Origin: Fimicolochytrium jonesii
Lineage: Eukaryota
Direction: 5' to 3'
DNA: 64,000 nucleotides
Assembly: GCF_025526975.1 (NCBI RefSeq)
Contig: NW_026515669.1
Location: 248,001 to 312,000 of the forward strand
Position 1 is the first letter of the stretch. Every line of letters begins with the position of its first letter. The notes below the pieces were generated by a model that was not told the origin of the DNA, ran no database searches, and worked only from the letters and a program-made list of their open reading frames with translations. Shown here one piece after another: positions 60,138 to 64,000 of this stretch. Both the position numbers and the translations under genes were made by a program.

Positions 60138-63100
60138 AGCCCCAGCGACTGGACAACACACACCGCCCCGGGCCTCCTAACCTCGCAGCTCCTGCAACGG
60201 GAGAGGCCACCCCCCTGGTTCCCGACTCCGTTATAGCCAACACAACCCTCCTAGCCGCTGCCCATGTCGAAAACTCCGAAATTAACCCCCGCGCCATGCT
60301 TGCGCTGGGTCCCGTCGAACCCTTCAACTACCCCGTTATCATCATGGTATCATCCAGCCGCGCCCCGATACCTACCTCAGCCATGATCGACAACGGTGCC
60401 CTGTCCTGCTTCATCGACACAGACTTTGCCCGCAAACACCGCATCGCCCTAGTCCCGCATCAGCGTCCACTGACGATCGAACTCGTTGACGGTCAACCCA
60501 GCTCTGCTGGGCCAATCACCCATCACACCCAACCAGTAGGCATGTGGGTCGACGACCACTTCGAAGAACTCGTCTTCCATGTCACCAAATCACCCCATGC
60601 TCCAATCCTCCTTGGTCTCCCCTGGCTCCGCCTCCACGACATTAACCTTGACTTCAAGAACCTTTCGGTCGGTTTCCGTTGCGACTGTCAGTACCATGAA
60701 TTCGCGAATTGGGACAACTTTCCAGCACCCCCGAGCCCAGCACCCGCCAGAACCCCCGAGCCCTTGATCCGCATCCCCCAGGATGAAGTCCCCGTCGACG
60801 AAACATGGTCGATTCCAGTACCCAAGGTATCTCGCTCCAGCACCCCAGAACCGGCTCCCTCGCCGCTCTGAGTCTCGTTCATCTCCGCCCCAGCCTTCCG
60901 GGTCGCAGCAAGGCATAACCAGGTCTTTGTCGCCTACGCCAACCCTGCGAAACCCGATCTCCCGGCCTCGCCTAGCCCCAGTAACCCCCCGACACCCGAG
61001 AAAGACATCAAAGACTTCCTGCCCCCCGAGTATCAAGACTTCGCCGACGTTTTCGAAAAGAGAAATGCTGACACTCTCCCCGATCACCGGCCCTACGACT
61101 GTCCAATCGATCTGGAAGAAGGCAAGCAGCCACCTTTCGGCCCGATCTACAGCCTCAGCGAACCAGAAATGAAGGCACTCTGCGAATACCTCGAAGAAAA
61201 CCTCGCCAAAGGATTCATCAAACCCTCAAAGTCCCCTGCCGGTGCGCCAGTCTTATTCGTGAAGAAAAAGGACGGTTCTCTCCGCCTCTGCGTGGATTAT
61301 CGAGGCCTGAACCGCATCACGGTGAAGAATCGCTACCCCCTGCCCCTGATCAACGGTATCATGGATCGTTTGCGCGGCGCCCGCCGGCTCACCAAGATCG
61401 ACCTCCGCGGCGCTTATAACCTCTTACGCATGCGCCCGGGCGATGAATGGAAGACCGCCTTCCGCTGCCGCTACTGCCTATTCGAATACAATGTCATGCC
61501 CTTTGGACTCAGCAATGCTCCTGGCGTCTTCCAGTACCTGATGAACGACATCTTCTGCGACATTCTCGATGTGTTTGTTGTCGTCTACCTCGACGATATC
61601 CTGATATTCTCCAAGAACCCCGAAGATCACCCCAAACATGTCCGCGAAGTCTTGTCCCGCCTCCGACAGCATGGGTTGTACGCCAAACCAGAGAAGTGCG
61701 AATTCAACCGCGAATCCGTTGAGTTCCTAGGCTTCATCATCTCCGAGAAAGGCATCCAGATGGACCCAAGAAGATCGCTGCCATCACGGATTGGGAGCCT
61801 CCCAAGACTGTCAAAGGCGTCCAGCGGTTCCTCGGCTTTGCCAACTTCTATCGCCGATTCATCCAAGGTTATTCCAAGATCGCTACCCCGCTCACAGCCC
61901 TGACCCGGAAAGACATCCCGTACGCCTGGACACCCGCCGCAAACACCGCCTTCGAGAACCTGAAGAAAGCATTCACCACGGCCCCCATCCTTGCTCACCC
62001 TGACCCAGAGAAGCCCTTCGTCGTCGAAACTGACGCCTCCGACTTCGCTCTTGGCGCAGTTCTCCTCCAACCTGACCAGGACAATCAGCTCCACCCCGTG
62101 GCCTTCCACTCTCGCAAATTCACGGCCGAAGAGATCAACTACGAGATCTACGACAAGGAACTTCTGGCCATCCAAGACTCCTTTGCCCAGTGGCGACACC
62201 ATCTCATTGGCGCCCGTCACAAGATCACCGTTTACTCCGACCATAAAAACCTTCAGTACTTCATGACCACCCGCACCCTGAACCGCCGCCAAGCCCGCTG
62301 GTCAATATTCTTCTCGGATTTTGACTTTGTCATTACCTATCGCCCCGGTTCCCAGCAGCACCAAGCCGATGCCCTCTCCCGACGCTCCGAACATGAGCTA
62401 AAAAAGGGGGAAGAAGCGTTCCGCTCCCAGGCAACCACAATTTTGACTCCCGAACGCATTCGACTCGCCGCGGCCTACCTCACACCCATGGATACCACGC
62501 TGCTTGACAAGACCAAGGCCGTTCAGGCCTCTGATCCCCTTGCTAAGACCATTCGCGAAACGCTCAAGATACCCCTCGCCCAACGAACCGAGGAAACCCA
62601 AGATCGTATCAAGCGGTTCTCAGATGAAGATGGGATCCTGCTGCACAATAACCTGGTCTATGTCCCCACCAACGAGCTCCGAGCTGAAGTCTGCCACGAC
62701 ATGCACGATACACCCCTAGCCGGCCACTTTGGGATGTTCAAGACGCTCGAACTCGCCTCCCGCAACTACTGGTGGCCCAGCCAGTGGCGCTTCGTCAAGG
62801 CCTACGTCAAGTCCTGCGATACCTGTAGCCAAGCGAAATCCAGTCGACACAAACCATATGGCCTACTCCAGCCCAACAGTATCCCTACCCGCCCTTGGGG
62901 ATCTTGGTCCCTGGACTTTATCACCGGTCTGCCTCCCGTGGACGGGTATGACTCCATCCTGAACGTCAACTGTCGCCTCACCAAGATGGCCCACTTCATC
63001 GCCTGCAGCGAGTCGGAATCCGCCGAGTCCACCGCCGACCTGGTCTTCCACAACATCATCCGTCTCCACGGCCTCCCCGACGACATCATCTCTGACCGAG

Positions 63101-64000
63101 GACCCCAGTTTAAGTCCCGGTTCTGGCGTCGACTTCTCGAACTCCTTGGGGCAAAAGCCAACCTCTCCTCGGCCTTCCACCCCCAGAGCGATGGCCAGAC
63201 GGAACGCACCAACCAGATCCTGGAGCAGTATCTCCGATGCTTTTGCAACCACCAACAGGACAACTGGAAACAGCTTCTGTTGTCCGCCGAGTTCGCCTAC
63301 AACAACACCCACCAGTCCGCCTCCCAGACCACCCCCTTCTACGCCAACAAGGGTCTCCACCCCCGCTTCAGTTTCGCGGCCTCTGCTACCTCCGAATCCG
63401 TCAACCCCGCCGCTGAAGCCCGCGCTAAACAAATCAGGGAAGTCCATGAACAGCTCGCCCTCGAGCTCAAGGAAGCCCAAGATCAAATGAAGCGCTACGC
63501 CGACGCTAAACAAATTCCTGGACCGGACTTCAAGCCTGGCGACCACGTCTGGCTCCTCCGCAAAAACCTCCAGACAACCCGGCCCTCTCAGAAACTCGAC
63601 CATCGCAAGATTGGGCCATTCCCCATCGTTGAGAAAATCAATCCCGTCGCCTACCGGCTCAAGCTCCCGCCTACGTACAAAATCCACGATGTCTTCCATG
63701 TCTCGCTCCTCGAACCCCGCTTCACCATCCCCGAACGACACGAACCCGAACCCGCGGCCCCAGAGACCGTTGAGGGTCAAGAAGAGTGGGTTGTCGAAGC
63801 CATCCTTGACTCTCGCATCCATTGTCGTCGCCTTCAGTACTTGGTCAAATGGCAGGGCTGGCCTGACTCCGAGAACACCTGGGAGCCCGTGGAACACCTC
63901 ACCCATACCGACGCACTCCTCCAGGACTTCTACAGCGCGTACCCCAACAAGCCTTCCTCTGTCCCCGTAGCACCTCCTCTGCGGCCACACCAAACTCGAC
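60110..64000 (+). pseudogene. pol: Pol of element 2, with a premature TGA (60869-60871) and a frameshift at ~61768
   Basis: PR 'MIDNGA', RT 'YLDDILI', RH, IN and chromodomain collinear with element 1. The two lesions are seen by comparison with element 1. Confidence 0.9.

Larger units (their letters stand above)
58519..64000 (+). mobile_element. Ty3/gypsy chromovirus (element 2), 3' end outside window
   Basis: 5' LTR 58519-59069 (TGTTATG...CATAACA, TATAAATA at 58893); primer site 59070-59081; gag; pol extending to a chromodomain 'EWVVEAILDSR...YLVKWQGWPDSENTWEP' at ~63780-63950. Confidence 0.95.

Noticed and set aside
62863..63993. 376-aa antisense ORF and other long minus-strand ORFs over pol
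   Set aside because: Shadow frames caused by the C-rich codon bias of the integrase region.
1..64000. tRNA, rRNA or snRNA genes
   Set aside because: None recognisable by eye; a covariance-model scan would be needed to exclude them.

Overview
Eukaryotic, intron-rich, gene-dense DNA, most consistent with an early-diverging (chytrid-like) fungus: short GT-AG introns, an animal-like KAT14, and fungal ATP19 and PSE1. Bases 1-46.7 kb are mostly housekeeping genes: KAT14, BMT5, SND2/TMEM208, PGS1, an RGS protein, importin-5/PSE1, SLP1, a UPF0658-like protein, a DUF1295 protein, CNS1, a kelch protein, PPIL1, ATP19, RPB12, PP5 and GGT. They are interrupted by a decaying 929-aa DDE-type transposase (32-34.9 kb) and a decayed patch at 23-24.5 kb. 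From about 47 kb onward the window is a mobile-element island. It holds two divergently oriented Ty3/gypsy chromoviruses with Tf1-type self-priming sites and -1 frameshift signals. One is complete (5-bp TSD, LTRs about 99% identical) and splits an unknown spliced gene. The other is inserted into a gene whose N-terminal half resembles a Fanzor1 (eukaryotic TnpB-derived RNA-guided nuclease). Upstream of that Fanzor-like gene lie an unknown partner gene, a duplicated ATGCAT-rich upstream module, and an island of 18-mer/15-mer tandem repeats with CCCTAA telomere-like repeats. The Fanzor RuvC half and any omegaRNA would lie beyond the window, so that call rests on recalled N-terminal motif similarity only. 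All family assignments are from motif recognition, not database searches.
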